DNA of 64,000 bases from Oligoflexia bacterium. Its GTDB lineage: Bacteria > Bdellovibrionota > UBA1018. Under the pieces are notes generated by a model. The model did not search any database. It was given only the letters and a program-made list of their open reading frames with translations, and was not told the DNA's origin. The translations under genes were made by a program, and so were the position numbers. Location of the stretch: NCBI GenBank assembly GCA_963758495.1, contig CAVWVI010000003.1, positions 1,344,001 to 1,408,000 of the forward strand, read 5' to 3'. This document shows positions 19,081-28,723 of this stretch, piece by piece. Within the stretch, counting starts at the first letter, position 1. The number at the start of each line of letters is the position of its first letter.

Positions 19081-19802
19081 TTCGAATTGGAATTTTAGGC
19101 GCTCATGGTCGAATGGGCCAATGGGTTACAAAACTTCTTCTTTCTGAATTTTCCTCCCAGACTTCATTGTCCGCGCAGGTGAGTCGAGGAGATCCACTTG
19201 CTCCCTTATTAGACTGTGACGTCGTGATCGATTTTTCAAGTCCTGAAGGAATGCGAAAGCTAGCACATCTCGCCCTCAATCATCGTGGAAAACTACCCTC
19301 TTTTGTCGTTGGCAGCACAGGTTGGACTGATCTCAATTACAATACGCTTGAAGAACTGGCCTCCAAAACAGGAGTGCTTCTAGGCTCAAATTTTTCATCC
19401 GGCCTTAATATTGTTTCTGAGATTCTTAAAAAATACGCTTCTGTTTTAGAAAAACTCAAATATACACCCGTCATTGTGGAGGCTCATCATTGCCACAAAA
19501 AAGACGCCCCCAGTGGAAGCGCTCTGACGCTTCAGCGAGCGATTGACTCTAAAAAGCCCGAACGCATCCAAACTTACAGTATTCGGGCCGGCGAAGTCAT
19601 TGGGGAACATGAAGTGACTTTTTATGGGCCAGGAGATCAAATTTCAATTCGACATGTCGCCCAAGATCGTTCCCTCTTTGCCCGTGGAGCAATCGAAGTG
19701 GCTCTTTGGCTAGCAAAAAATCGGAATAGCATGACGCCGCAAGTAGGACTGATGGGTATGGATCGTTATTTAGACTCACTCTTTCAGGAGCAAAACACAT
19801 GA
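19077..19802 (+). CDS. dapB: 4-hydroxy-tetrahydrodipicolinate reductase
   Basis: GAHGRMG, VIDFS, EAHHCHKKDAPSGSA, IRAGEVIGEH; ATGA overlap with dapA. Confidence 0.95.
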   Translation: MIRIGILGAHGRMGQWVTKLLLSEFSSQTSLSAQVSRGDPLAPLLDCDVVIDFSSPEGMRKLAHLALNHRGKLPSFVVGSTGWTDLNYNTLEELASKTGVLLGSNFSSGLNIVSEILKKYASVLEKLKYTPVIVEAHHCHKKDAPSGSALTLQRAIDSKKPERIQTYSIRAGEVIGEHEVTFYGPGDQISIRHVAQDRSLFARGAIEVALWLAKNRNSMTPQVGLMGMDRYLDSLFQEQNT

Positions 19803-20974
19803 GCGAGATGTTAGATTTTACTCAGCGCCTTACACAACTTCCCCCTTATTTATTTGCAAAAATAGATAAAATTAAACAAGAGGAGATGAAGAAGGGCCGG
19901 AAGCTGATCTCTTTAGGTATTGGCGACCCAGACCTACCCACGCCTGACTTCATCATTAACCGTCTTATTTTGGCTGCAAAGAAACCACAGAATCATCAGT
20001 ACCCTTCTTATTCAGGTATGATTGAGTTTCGCAAAGCAGTCGCACGCTGGTATCAGTCGCGTTTTGGAGTGACAGTCAATCCTGAGAATCAAGTTTTAAC
20101 GCTTATTGGCTCTAAAGAAGGAATAGCTCATATTCCGCTCGCCTTTGTGAATCCAGGAGAAGCCACTCTAGTTCCCAATCCCGGCTATCCTGTTTACCAC
20201 TCTGCTACTCTATTTGCAGGAGGAACCCCTCTTCATTTTGCTCTTCGAGAAAAAAATGGATTTCTTCCCGATTTTTCTGAACTTGAAAACCATATTAAGT
20301 CGGGACGCAAAATTAGGATTTTATTTCTAAACTACCCGAACAATCCGACATCCGCCTCCGCGAGCTTGGAGTTTTTCAAAGAAGTAGTGGCGTTTGCAAA
20401 GAAACATCAAATCATTGTTTGCCATGACAACGCTTATTCTGAAATTTTCTATGATGGCAAAAAACAACCTAGCTTTTTAGAAGTCCCTGGCGCCATGGAT
20501 ATAGGGTGCGAGTTCCATAGCCTTTCTAAAACATTTAATATGACAGGTTGGAGGGTAGGTTTTGTAGTCGGTCACCCTAAAATTATCGAAGGACTTGCGC
20601 AGGTCAAAACGAATATTGACTCCGGCGTATTTAACGCGTGCCAAGAGGCAAGCATTGAAGCCCTAGATCATTACGAACCCTTTTGTTCAGAACTCAGAAC
20701 CATTTATCAGAAACGAAGAGATATTCTGATTCCGGCCCTTCAAAAGATAGGTTTGAAGTGCAGAAATCCCGATGCGACTTTTTATGCATGGGCTCGACTT
20801 CCGGAAGGACGCAAATCGGAAGAATTCGTTCTAGACCTGATTCGGGACAAGGGAATTGTCTCCACACCAGGCAACGGATTTGGTCAAGAGGGCGAGGGAT
20901 ACGTTCGCTTCACCTTCTGTTCTGATATTTCTGTATTAAAACAAGTTGCAGAATCCCTCATTGCGTCTGTATAA
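19799..20974 (+). CDS. dapL: LL-diaminopimelate aminotransferase (class I)
   Basis: LGIGDPD, IGSKEGI, NYPNNPT, DNAYSE, SLSKTFNMTGWRVG; in dap operon. Confidence 0.85.
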   Translation: MSEMLDFTQRLTQLPPYLFAKIDKIKQEEMKKGRKLISLGIGDPDLPTPDFIINRLILAAKKPQNHQYPSYSGMIEFRKAVARWYQSRFGVTVNPENQVLTLIGSKEGIAHIPLAFVNPGEATLVPNPGYPVYHSATLFAGGTPLHFALREKNGFLPDFSELENHIKSGRKIRILFLNYPNNPTSASASLEFFKEVVAFAKKHQIIVCHDNAYSEIFYDGKKQPSFLEVPGAMDIGCEFHSLSKTFNMTGWRVGFVVGHPKIIEGLAQVKTNIDSGVFNACQEASIEALDHYEPFCSELRTIYQKRRDILIPALQKIGLKCRNPDATFYAWARLPEGRKSEEFVLDLIRDKGIVSTPGNGFGQEGEGYVRFTFCSDISVLKQVAESLIASV

Positions 20975-20985
20975 GCAGGAGTATT

Positions 20986-21759
20986 ATGAATATTTACGTG
21001 TGTATCAAACAAGTTCCAGACACTGAAACCAAAATTAAATTAAATGCCGATCAGAGTGGCATCGATACCACAGGGATTAAGTGGATTATGTCCCCTTATG
21101 ATGAGTTGGCTGTCGAAGAGGCGCTCCGATTAAAAGAAAAAAATCCAGGAAGCACTGTTACGGTACTATCAGCAGGTCCAGCGCGAGTGACTGAGGCTAT
21201 CAGAACCGCTCTTGCGATGGGGGCTGACAATGGAATTCATGTTGAAATTCCAGAGTCCGCAGATAGTAATCTTGCCGCAAAAGCACTTGCAGGTGCTCTT
21301 AAAAAGGAAAGTAAAGTAGATATTATATTCACAGGGAAAGAAGCAATTGATGATGGTGCCGCTCAAGTCAGCCAGCTCATTGCAGAATATTTTGAAATCC
21401 AGTATTTGACAGTCATCTTAAATATCGAATACGGCGCAAACAGCGTTAAATGTAAGAGAGAAATTGAGGGTGGCGCTTTTGAACTCATAGAAGCTCCTAT
21501 GCCGGTTCTTATTGCAGCGCAAAAGGGGCTAAATGAGCCTCGTTACGCTAGTCTTCCCAATATTATGAAGGCGAAGAAAAAGGAAATTAAACTCTTCAAA
21601 ATGGTGGATGCCGGCGTTTCTGATTCGGATCAGAAAATCCGTTATAAGAATTTTCAACTCCCGCCGCCTAAACAAGCTGGAAAGAAAATCGCAGGGGATC
21701 CTGCCGCGCAAGCAAAAGAGCTCGCTCGGCTTTTACACGAAGAAGCAAAGGTAGTGTAA
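20986..21759 (+). CDS. etfB: Electron transfer flavoprotein beta subunit
   Basis: VCIKQVPD, AVEEAL, ALAMGAD, NEPRYASL. Confidence 0.95.
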   Translation: MNIYVCIKQVPDTETKIKLNADQSGIDTTGIKWIMSPYDELAVEEALRLKEKNPGSTVTVLSAGPARVTEAIRTALAMGADNGIHVEIPESADSNLAAKALAGALKKESKVDIIFTGKEAIDDGAAQVSQLIAEYFEIQYLTVILNIEYGANSVKCKREIEGGAFELIEAPMPVLIAAQKGLNEPRYASLPNIMKAKKKEIKLFKMVDAGVSDSDQKIRYKNFQLPPPKQAGKKIAGDPAAQAKELARLLHEEAKVV

Positions 21760-21761
21760 TC

Positions 21762-22730
21762 ATGGCTAAAGTATTTATTATTGCAGAACAACGAGATGGT
21801 CGTCTTAAGAAATCCACATTTGAGCTGATTGGAGCTTCCGCCGCGGCTGGAAATGAAACTCATGCTATCCTTCTAGGAGAAGGTGTAGCGGATCTAGCAA
21901 AAGAGCTGGGTCATTATGGCGCAAAAGTAGTTCACTTGGCGCAAAGTCCGGCACTTAAGTTTTATACTTCTGAAGCCTATTCAAAGATTATTATAAATAC
22001 TCTTAAATCAGCATCTCCTGACATTATACTCGCAAGCCATTCACCTACAGGTCGCGATTTAATGCCTCGAATTGCAGCAAGGCTCGGAGTTGGATTAGCA
22101 AGCGACTGCACCCAACTTACTTTTAATGGAAATAAGATCCAAGTTCGTCGGCCCGTCTATGCAGGCAAGGCGACAGTCGAAGTTGAATTTTTAGGAGCAG
22201 GTCCTCAAGTAGCGACTCTCCGTCCCAATGCGTTAGGAATGTTAAAACCAGACACATCAAAAACAGCCGAGGTCATTCAAGTCACCCCTGATTTGGGTGA
22301 ACTAAAAACCAAAGTACTTGAAGTCGCTCAAGGCTCCAGTGGTCGTCCTGATGTCACTGAAGCATCGATTGTGGTATCGGGTGGTCGATCGCTCAAGAGT
22401 GCTGAAAACTTCAAAATCATCGAAGAAATGGCTGACGTGCTCGGAGCAGCCGTCGGAGCATCTCGCGCCGCTGTAGATGCCGGCTATCGCCCTCACAGAG
22501 ATCAGGTAGGACAAACCGGAAAAGTCGTTTCTCCCTCTCTCTACATTGCTTGTGGGATTAGTGGGGCCATTCAGCATTTAGCTGGAATGCGTACTTCTAA
22601 AGTGATTGTGGCAATTAACACCGATGCTGAAGCACCTATCTTTCAGCTCGCTGATTATGGAGTAGTCAGCGATCTTTTTACTCTTGTTCCATTACTGAAA
22701 GAAGAGTTTAAAAAAATCAAAGAACATTAA
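21762..22730 (+). CDS. etfA: Electron transfer flavoprotein alpha subunit
   Basis: [34 protein letters not shown]. Confidence 0.95.
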   Translation: MAKVFIIAEQRDGRLKKSTFELIGASAAAGNETHAILLGEGVADLAKELGHYGAKVVHLAQSPALKFYTSEAYSKIIINTLKSASPDIILASHSPTGRDLMPRIAARLGVGLASDCTQLTFNGNKIQVRRPVYAGKATVEVEFLGAGPQVATLRPNALGMLKPDTSKTAEVIQVTPDLGELKTKVLEVAQGSSGRPDVTEASIVVSGGRSLKSAENFKIIEEMADVLGAAVGASRAAVDAGYRPHRDQVGQTGKVVSPSLYIACGISGAIQHLAGMRTSKVIVAINTDAEAPIFQLADYGVVSDLFTLVPLLKEEFKKIKEH

Positions 22731-22853
22731 TCATAACTGTTTAAAGGTGACAGACAACCCTAGAGACGAAATGAGAAAACACCATCCGTCTTTACTATTG
22801 CTTGTCACCTTCTTACTCTAAGCTGTTGTATTAAATTATTTATCTATCTAAGA

Positions 22854-24839
22854 TTGGTTCCTATGACTTGGCAGACTTTCGCATTTTTGATCGTTGCAGG
22901 CTCCGCATTTGGTTATTCCGGCTATCGCTTTAGCCTTCTCTTGAAGATGATGAAGAATCATCAAGGAAAAGCCGCAAAGTATGATCAAATCTCCCAACGA
23001 ATTCTAACTACTATTGCCAACGTCTTAGGCCAAAAGGCCGTGCTCAAAAAAAGAGCTGCTGGAATCATGCATGCCACCATTTTTTGGGGCTTCTTAGTCA
23101 TCACCACCGGCACATTAGAACAATTTGCCACCACTCTCTACCAGCCGGCAAATTTTCAATTTATCGGTATAAGTGCTTATTCCTGTTTAGTCTTCCTACA
23201 AGACATCTTTACCCTTGCGGTACTCGTGGCAGTAGGATTTGCCTGTTATCGAAGATATATTATTCGTCCTGAAGGCTTAGGGAAATCGGTAGATGCCAAT
23301 CGCGTTCTCGCGTTAACAAGTTCCCTGATGGTCTCCATTCTTCTCATGAATGGCTTTCATATTTTAGGAATGGATCCTTGGTACAAAACAGCAATGCCTG
23401 TTTCAAATTCCCTAGCTCATTTTTTAAGCCCACTGGGATTCACTCCTTACACAAATGACGTCTTCAGTACTTTTTTTAAGTGGATTCATATGCTCATTGT
23501 TTTGGGCTTTGCGGTTTATATTCCCAGCTCAAAACATCTTCATATTGTAGCCGCTGGACCCAACACATTCTTACGCACTCTGACTCGAGAAAAGGGCATG
23601 AAACCGATCAACTTTGAGGATGAATCGGTTCAGCAATATGGCGCTGCCAAAGTGACGGATTTGAATTGGAAAGATGCCTTAGACTATTACTCCTGCACTG
23701 AATGTGGAAGGTGTCAGGATCTTTGTCCCGCTTACAATACAGAAAAACCCCTTTCGCCGAAAATGCTCATACTGGACCTTAAAAACAACATGTATAGCAA
23801 TAAGGAAAAAATTCTTGCGGGAGAGATCGATCAAGTCTCTCACATTATTGACTCACATGTTACGGAAGACGTGATTTGGGCATGTACTTCATGTCGCGCT
23901 TGCGAAATTGCTTGTCCAGTATTCATTGGACACACCGATAAAATCTATGACATCCGACGCAATCTCGTGATGATGGAGTCACGCTTTCCATCTGAAGTAC
24001 AAACTGTCTTCAAGAATATGGAAACGAATGCGACTCCTTGGGCATTTAGCTCATCCGACCGAGGAAACTGGGCTGAAGGCCTCTCCATTAAAACCATGGC
24101 GGAAAGCTCGGACGTGGATGTTCTGCTCTGGGTTGGATGTGCGGGCTCTTACGACGATAGAAATAAGAAAGTACTTCGGGCCTTTGCGAGCGTCCTTAAG
24201 AAAGCAGGAGTTAAATTTGCGATTCTAGGCACTGAAGAACAATGTACTGGAGATCCTGCTCGCAGAATTGGAAACGAATACCTTTATCAAACACTTGCAA
24301 AAGCAAATATTGAAACCCTAAATCGCTATCAAGTAAAAAAGATTGTAACTGCTTGCCCACATTGCTTCAATACCATCAAAAACGAGTACAAAGATTTTGG
24401 CGGTAACTACGAAGTTCATCATCATTCTCAATTTATTGCCCACCTTATTGCTCAAGGTAAAATCAAACCTACAAAAACTCTCGATGATGCGGTTACTTTT
24501 CATGATAGCTGCTATTTAGGGCGTTGGAATAATATTTATGATGAGCCTCGAAGTGCTCTTAAATCTCTTCCTTCAATCAACCTGATTGAAATGAAAAACA
24601 ATCAGGACAAAAGCATGTGTTGTGGTGCTGGAGGAGGTAGAATGTGGATGGAAGAAAAAATCGGCAAGCGCGTCAATATTGTTCGAACTGAGCAAGCTCT
24701 CGCTACTCATGCCGGCATTGTGGCATCCTCTTGCCCATTCTGTATGACCATGATGACTGACGGGATCAAGTCTAAGGATATGCAGGATAAAGTAAAAGTG
24801 ATGGATATCGCCGAACTCATCGATCAATCCACGCCCTGA
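22854..24839 (+). CDS. Membrane Fe-S oxidoreductase (FadF/HdrD-like, CCG domains)
   Basis: N-terminal TM helices; CTECGRCQDLCP, CTSCRACEIACP; CCG-type motifs CTGDP, CCGAGGG, CPFC. Confidence 0.9.
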   Translation: MVPMTWQTFAFLIVAGSAFGYSGYRFSLLLKMMKNHQGKAAKYDQISQRILTTIANVLGQKAVLKKRAAGIMHATIFWGFLVITTGTLEQFATTLYQPANFQFIGISAYSCLVFLQDIFTLAVLVAVGFACYRRYIIRPEGLGKSVDANRVLALTSSLMVSILLMNGFHILGMDPWYKTAMPVSNSLAHFLSPLGFTPYTNDVFSTFFKWIHMLIVLGFAVYIPSSKHLHIVAAGPNTFLRTLTREKGMKPINFEDESVQQYGAAKVTDLNWKDALDYYSCTECGRCQDLCPAYNTEKPLSPKMLILDLKNNMYSNKEKILAGEIDQVSHIIDSHVTEDVIWACTSCRACEIACPVFIGHTDKIYDIRRNLVMMESRFPSEVQTVFKNMETNATPWAFSSSDRGNWAEGLSIKTMAESSDVDVLLWVGCAGSYDDRNKKVLRAFASVLKKAGVKFAILGTEEQCTGDPARRIGNEYLYQTLAKANIETLNRYQVKKIVTACPHCFNTIKNEYKDFGGNYEVHHHSQFIAHLIAQGKIKPTKTLDDAVTFHDSCYLGRWNNIYDEPRSALKSLPSINLIEMKNNQDKSMCCGAGGGRMWMEEKIGKRVNIVRTEQALATHAGIVASSCPFCMTMMTDGIKSKDMQDKVKVMDIAELIDQSTP

Positions 24840-24932
24840 AGCGTATTCCCAGTCCTAGGCCACAGGTACAACGGCCCTAAGTCGCCCATCCAGCGCGACG
24901 GGGACGTTTAGGATTTGAAGGATTTCGAGAAC

Positions 24933-25121
24933 TTAAGTCTGTTTTAACTTTGGAAGAAAATCCTTATGGGACGCAATAAATCGCTTCAATGCTGTATTTG
25001 TAATCTCAGATTGAGTCAATTGTGAGTGCTTCTCCATAAGGTGGAGAGTTTTCGCTACTTCAAGTTCAATTTCAACTTCTAATTTTTCAGTTTGACCCTT
25101 GAGCTTATAATCATCAAGCAT
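24933..25121 (-). CDS. Small hypothetical protein (possibly ribbon-helix-helix)
   Basis: 62 aa, AAGGAG RBS; SEITNTALKRFI resembles RHH helix 2. Confidence 0.6.
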   Translation of the reverse strand: MLDDYKLKGQTEKLEVEIELEVAKTLHLMEKHSQLTQSEITNTALKRFIASHKDFLPKLKQT

Positions 25122-25204
25122 AATGATTGATTCTCCTTTTCATGCGATGAATTAATTTTATGTATATATAAGTGACTTTAACACGATTTTTTTGCAATAC
25201 CTTA

Positions 25205-26206
25205 TTAATTTATTGATCGCCCCCGGAGCAAATCTTTCACTACTCCATACATCACAGAAGGCAAGGCTTCCAGCTCCTCTACCTCTCGAACCACTCCTCT
25301 GCCTCGTTTAGCCATATCTCGACATAGTTCATAACTGGCGCGCTCCCGACCCATTTTTAAAAGTACTAAATGTGGGAATCTCGATGCTAAATAACTGGGA
25401 TCTCTTCCCGCCGTGTATTTTCCATCTGTCAACAGAACCACAGAAGGGGGCCTTCCAATGCCGCTTGCTATTAATGTAGTCATGAGTTTTAACGTCGCCC
25501 TCATTCCGTCTTCAAGATGAGTATAGCCTTGGGCGGGTACGTCCAAGAACCTTTCTAAGAGTTGGAATACAGATATGACTTCATCTGGACGCTTGAGTAT
25601 TTTTGCTTCATTTTCAAAGGCAATCATTCCAATAGGATCTTCAGGGAATTGAAGCAATACTACTGCCAACGCAACAGCCGTAAGTGCTAACTTCTCTCCC
25701 GTCATAGAAAGGCTAGTATCTACCGTCAATAGAAGAGGGTATCGACGATGAACCGAATAACTCATCCAAATATCTGGATCCGTCAGAGGATGAGGAGAGT
25801 TTTCAATCGTCTCATCCAAATCCAAATCCACTTGTTCTGCACTACTTGGAACGTCTCTCCAAGGCACTATTCTCTGCTCCATAGGCCGCACCACTGAGCC
25901 GAGTACTTCTCGAGCTCTCTCTAAAATAGCTTCTGCAGAGATCTTACGTAGATGATTTGCAAGCTTCTGGGAAGAACTCTTGGACTTAAACTCATGGTAA
26001 CGTGTAGCGACATCCCATCCACTGGAGTTTTTTATATCTATTTCTAGCGCATCTGATTCCTGATTAGAACTCGAACCAAAAGTTTCGGGTGGGAAAAACT
26101 GAGGTTTGGGTAACTGATGATCATCTGACTTCTTTGAGTCAAAAATACTACGAAATACATTACGTTTTTTAGTCAGATCGTTCTCAGGTGGCAGCGAATT
26201 TATTTC
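25205..26206 (-). CDS. VWA-domain frame, probably reached by -1 frameshift from the MoxR gene
   Basis: MIDAS motifs DTSLS, GYT, LLTDG; frame stays open 104 codons upstream of the GTG at 25894 with no ATG/GTG/TTG, up to the slippery site. Confidence 0.8.
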   Translation of the reverse strand, partial: EINSLPPENDLTKKRNVFRSIFDSKKSDDHQLPKPQFFPPETFGSSSNQESDALEIDIKNSSGWDVATRYHEFKSKSSSQKLANHLRKISAEAILERAREVLGSVVRPMEQRIVPWRDVPSSAEQVDLDLDETIENSPHPLTDPDIWMSYSVHRRYPLLLTVDTSLSMTGEKLALTAVALAVVLLQFPEDPIGMIAFENEAKILKRPDEVISVFQLLERFLDVPAQGYTHLEDGMRATLKLMTTLIASGIGRPPSVVLLTDGKYTAGRDPSYLASRFPHLVLLKMGRERASYELCRDMAKRGRGVVREVEELEALPSVMYGVVKDLLRGRSIN

Positions 26207-27138
26207 TTTTTTTTTACCCCATCTGAAGTCACAGGGTTCAGTACTTCATCCACCCAACCTTTTAATAAAGACTCCATCTCAGATCGTAAAGTTTTACCTT
26301 CGTCTGAATCACGCTCAATTTCAATACGCGTAGGCAATGCCAAAAGCGTGGCAGATAAAAAAGCATCGGAAAAGATCATGCCTTCTTGAATCATGACACT
26401 TGCGATCTCTGCAATACTCAAAGCAGCACGGACAGATGCACCTCTTCTTATCCGAGCATGGCTACGAGTCAATCTTGTCAACAAAACTGCCGATACAGTC
26501 AGGCGATGGCCCAAAGTAGAGTCAAGAGCCGGAGAACTCACCCTGAGCCGATCTCCCACGATCCGAATTTCTTCTTCTTCGCTTTGATAATCGAGCACCA
26601 CTAATTCAAACCGATCTAAAATAGCTTCGCTTAAATGTGAGGTCGCTACAAATTCCTTGGGATTTTGAGTTGCAATCACCTTAAATCCAGGAGCTGCTCT
26701 GATTTCGCCCAAACGAGGAACTACGATCATCCTTTCATCAATGGCGGGTAGTAAAACATTTTGAACCCCTTCGGGCAATCGATTGAGTTCATTAATAAAA
26801 AGAACTCCACCTTTTTGCATCGCTTCTACTAAGGGCCCCGGCATAAATGTATCTACTGTAAATCCGTTTTTAATCACACTCGGTGGGTCAAACCAGCCCG
26901 ATAATTTCTGCTCCGAATAACGATTGTCGCCGTCCACGCGAAATACCTGTGACCCCAATTCACTCGTCACAGCCAAAGCTAAATGAGTTTTCCCTACACC
27001 CACCGGCCCTTCTAATAAGATATTCCGATGAGCTCGTAAGCATGCTCGAATCTGTAAAACTTCATGACTACGGCCTACTAACTCTAGAGAACTGTGCTTC
27101 GATAAATGAGATGAGTTATGAGATAAATCCGTAGTCAC
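26200..27138 (-). CDS. MoxR-family AAA+ ATPase
   Basis: Walker A GPVGVGKT, Walker B variant LFINE, ATQNP, LSEAILDRF; GTG start overlaps the dehydrogenase stop (GTGA). Confidence 0.9.
   Translation of the reverse strand: MTTDLSHNSSHLSKHSSLELVGRSHEVLQIRACLRAHRNILLEGPVGVGKTHLALAVTSELGSQVFRVDGDNRYSEQKLSGWFDPPSVIKNGFTVDTFMPGPLVEAMQKGGVLFINELNRLPEGVQNVLLPAIDERMIVVPRLGEIRAAPGFKVIATQNPKEFVATSHLSEAILDRFELVVLDYQSEEEEIRIVGDRLRVSSPALDSTLGHRLTVSAVLLTRLTRSHARIRRGASVRAALSIAEIASVMIQEGMIFSDAFLSATLLALPTRIEIERDSDEGKTLRSEMESLLKGWVDEVLNPVTSDGVKKKK
26206..26215 (-). other. A9G slippery site (A_AAA_AAG) two codons before the MoxR stop
   Basis: Minus strand GTA AAA AAA AAG AAA TAA; the -1 frame continues GAA ATA AAT into the VWA frame. 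Confidence 0.7.
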
Positions 27139-28190
27139 TCCTTCGCTGCCTTCCGAATTCGTTCCTCTGCCATCCGATTGGCGACCCATTGAGTGGGAAA
27201 CTTTTCCTCTTCAGCACGATTGAGAATATGAGTAATCGTCTGCTCAATTCGAACTATATGATCAAATGCTCCCGCTCGGTTATAAACACCTTGGACTGTA
27301 TCCTCATAATAAATATTGATCAGGCCCCCAGCATTAATTGCATAATCTGGAGCATAAGTAATTCCTCGGTTCATGATTTCATAATCCAGCTCAGCGGTAG
27401 CCAATTGATTGTTTGCAGCACCTGCAATAATTTTAGACTGAATTCGAGGAAGGGTTTCAGGGCTGATCGATAAACCTAATGCCGAGGGTGCAAAAATATC
27501 GCACTTCACATCATAAATAGCATGAGGAGAAACTATTTCTATTCCGTATTTTTTTACGGCTCGATCAATCATCGCACTGTCGATATCACAGCCAATCACT
27601 TCCGCGCCATCTGCAATCAAGTGTTCGAGCAAATAATAAGAAACACTTCCTAAACCCTGGAGAGCAACTTTCACTCCCTTAAGCGAATTTGCTTTAAAGA
27701 CATGTCGTGTACAAGCACGCATGCCATGATACACGCCCCAGGCAGTTGCAGGAGATGGATCTCCACTCGAACCGACATTCCCTTCGATACCCAGTACATG
27801 TTGAGTTTTAGACTTAATTTGCCTTAAATCATCTGCACCAATTCCAACATCCTTTGCAGTAATATAATTTCCACCTAAGCGATCTACAAATTCTCCAAAT
27901 CTCGCAAGCATTTGAGGATTTTTTTGAGACTTCGGATCTCCTAAAATGACTGCTTTTCCTCCTCCCCAATTGAGTCCTGCAAGAGCGGCTTTATAAGTCA
28001 TTCCTTGAGATAATCGCAATACGTCATTAAACGCTTCCATCTCCGAAGCATAATTCCACATTCTACAACCACCGGTGGCTGGCCCGAGAATGGAAGAGTG
28101 AACAGCAATAATTGCGCGTAGTCCTACCGATGAGTCATTACAAAACACAATTTGTTCAAAACCATCCGTTTGAATTTTCTCAAAGATCAT
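27135..28190 (-). CDS. Glu/Leu/Phe/Val dehydrogenase (leucine dehydrogenase-like)
   Basis: LGPATGGCRM, MTYK, GGGKAVI, GDPSPATAWGV, QGLGSV, AGAANNQL, PDYAINAGG. Confidence 0.92.
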   Translation of the reverse strand: MIFEKIQTDGFEQIVFCNDSSVGLRAIIAVHSSILGPATGGCRMWNYASEMEAFNDVLRLSQGMTYKAALAGLNWGGGKAVILGDPKSQKNPQMLARFGEFVDRLGGNYITAKDVGIGADDLRQIKSKTQHVLGIEGNVGSSGDPSPATAWGVYHGMRACTRHVFKANSLKGVKVALQGLGSVSYYLLEHLIADGAEVIGCDIDSAMIDRAVKKYGIEIVSPHAIYDVKCDIFAPSALGLSISPETLPRIQSKIIAGAANNQLATAELDYEIMNRGITYAPDYAINAGGLINIYYEDTVQGVYNRAGAFDHIVRIEQTITHILNRAEEEKFPTQWVANRMAEERIRKAAKE

Positions 28191-28429
28191 ACGTTCATTT
28201 CCCTTTTTAACTTTGAATTTTTAGAAATCCTAATCTAACAAGCCCCATGGCCGTTCGCAAGTGGTTCTCTAGAAAGCAATAGCTCAGTTGCTTTTAAGTA
28301 CAATGCCTTCAACTGCCACCAAATTCTCGTTTTTATTTGATATTTTCTTTTTTCATTTGACGCCAAACGAAATCCGGGATTACTTCAAGTAGGTTGCTCT
28401 TCTTTTTATATTTTTCAGGGGGTGTTCGA

Positions 28430-28639
28430 ATGGCAACAGGTTCAGTAAAGTGGTTCAATGATAGTAAAGGTTATGGTTTTATTCAGGCCGATGGCACAGA
28501 AAGGGACGTATTCGTCCACTATACGGCAATTCAGGGCGAGGGGTTCAAGACTCTCGTTGAGGGGCAAAAGGTACAGTTTGATTTGATTGAAGGTCCTAAG
28601 GGTCCACAAGCGGCAAACGTTGCAAAAGCCATTCAATAA
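28430..28639 (+). CDS. Cold-shock protein (CspA family)
   Basis: [34 protein letters not shown] at 28430. Confidence 0.96.
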   Translation: MATGSVKWFNDSKGYGFIQADGTERDVFVHYTAIQGEGFKTLVEGQKVQFDLIEGPKGPQAANVAKAIQ

Positions 28640-28657
28640 TTAAAAGCCTACAGTCTT

Positions 28658-28708
28658 AAAAACGGAACCGGAGATCTATTTTTTTTGTTTTCCGATTCCG
28701 TTTTTTTT
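28658..28708. terminator. Probable bidirectional intrinsic terminator
   Basis: aaaaacggaaccgga...tccgattccgtttttttt between convergent csp and astD. Confidence 0.7.
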
Positions 28709-28723
28709 CATATCTATGTCCGC

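Noticed and set aside
25205..25894. Stand-alone 229-aa VWA gene starting at GTG 25894
   Set aside because: No clear RBS, and the frame is open 104 codons further upstream to the slippery site; the fused interpretation fits better
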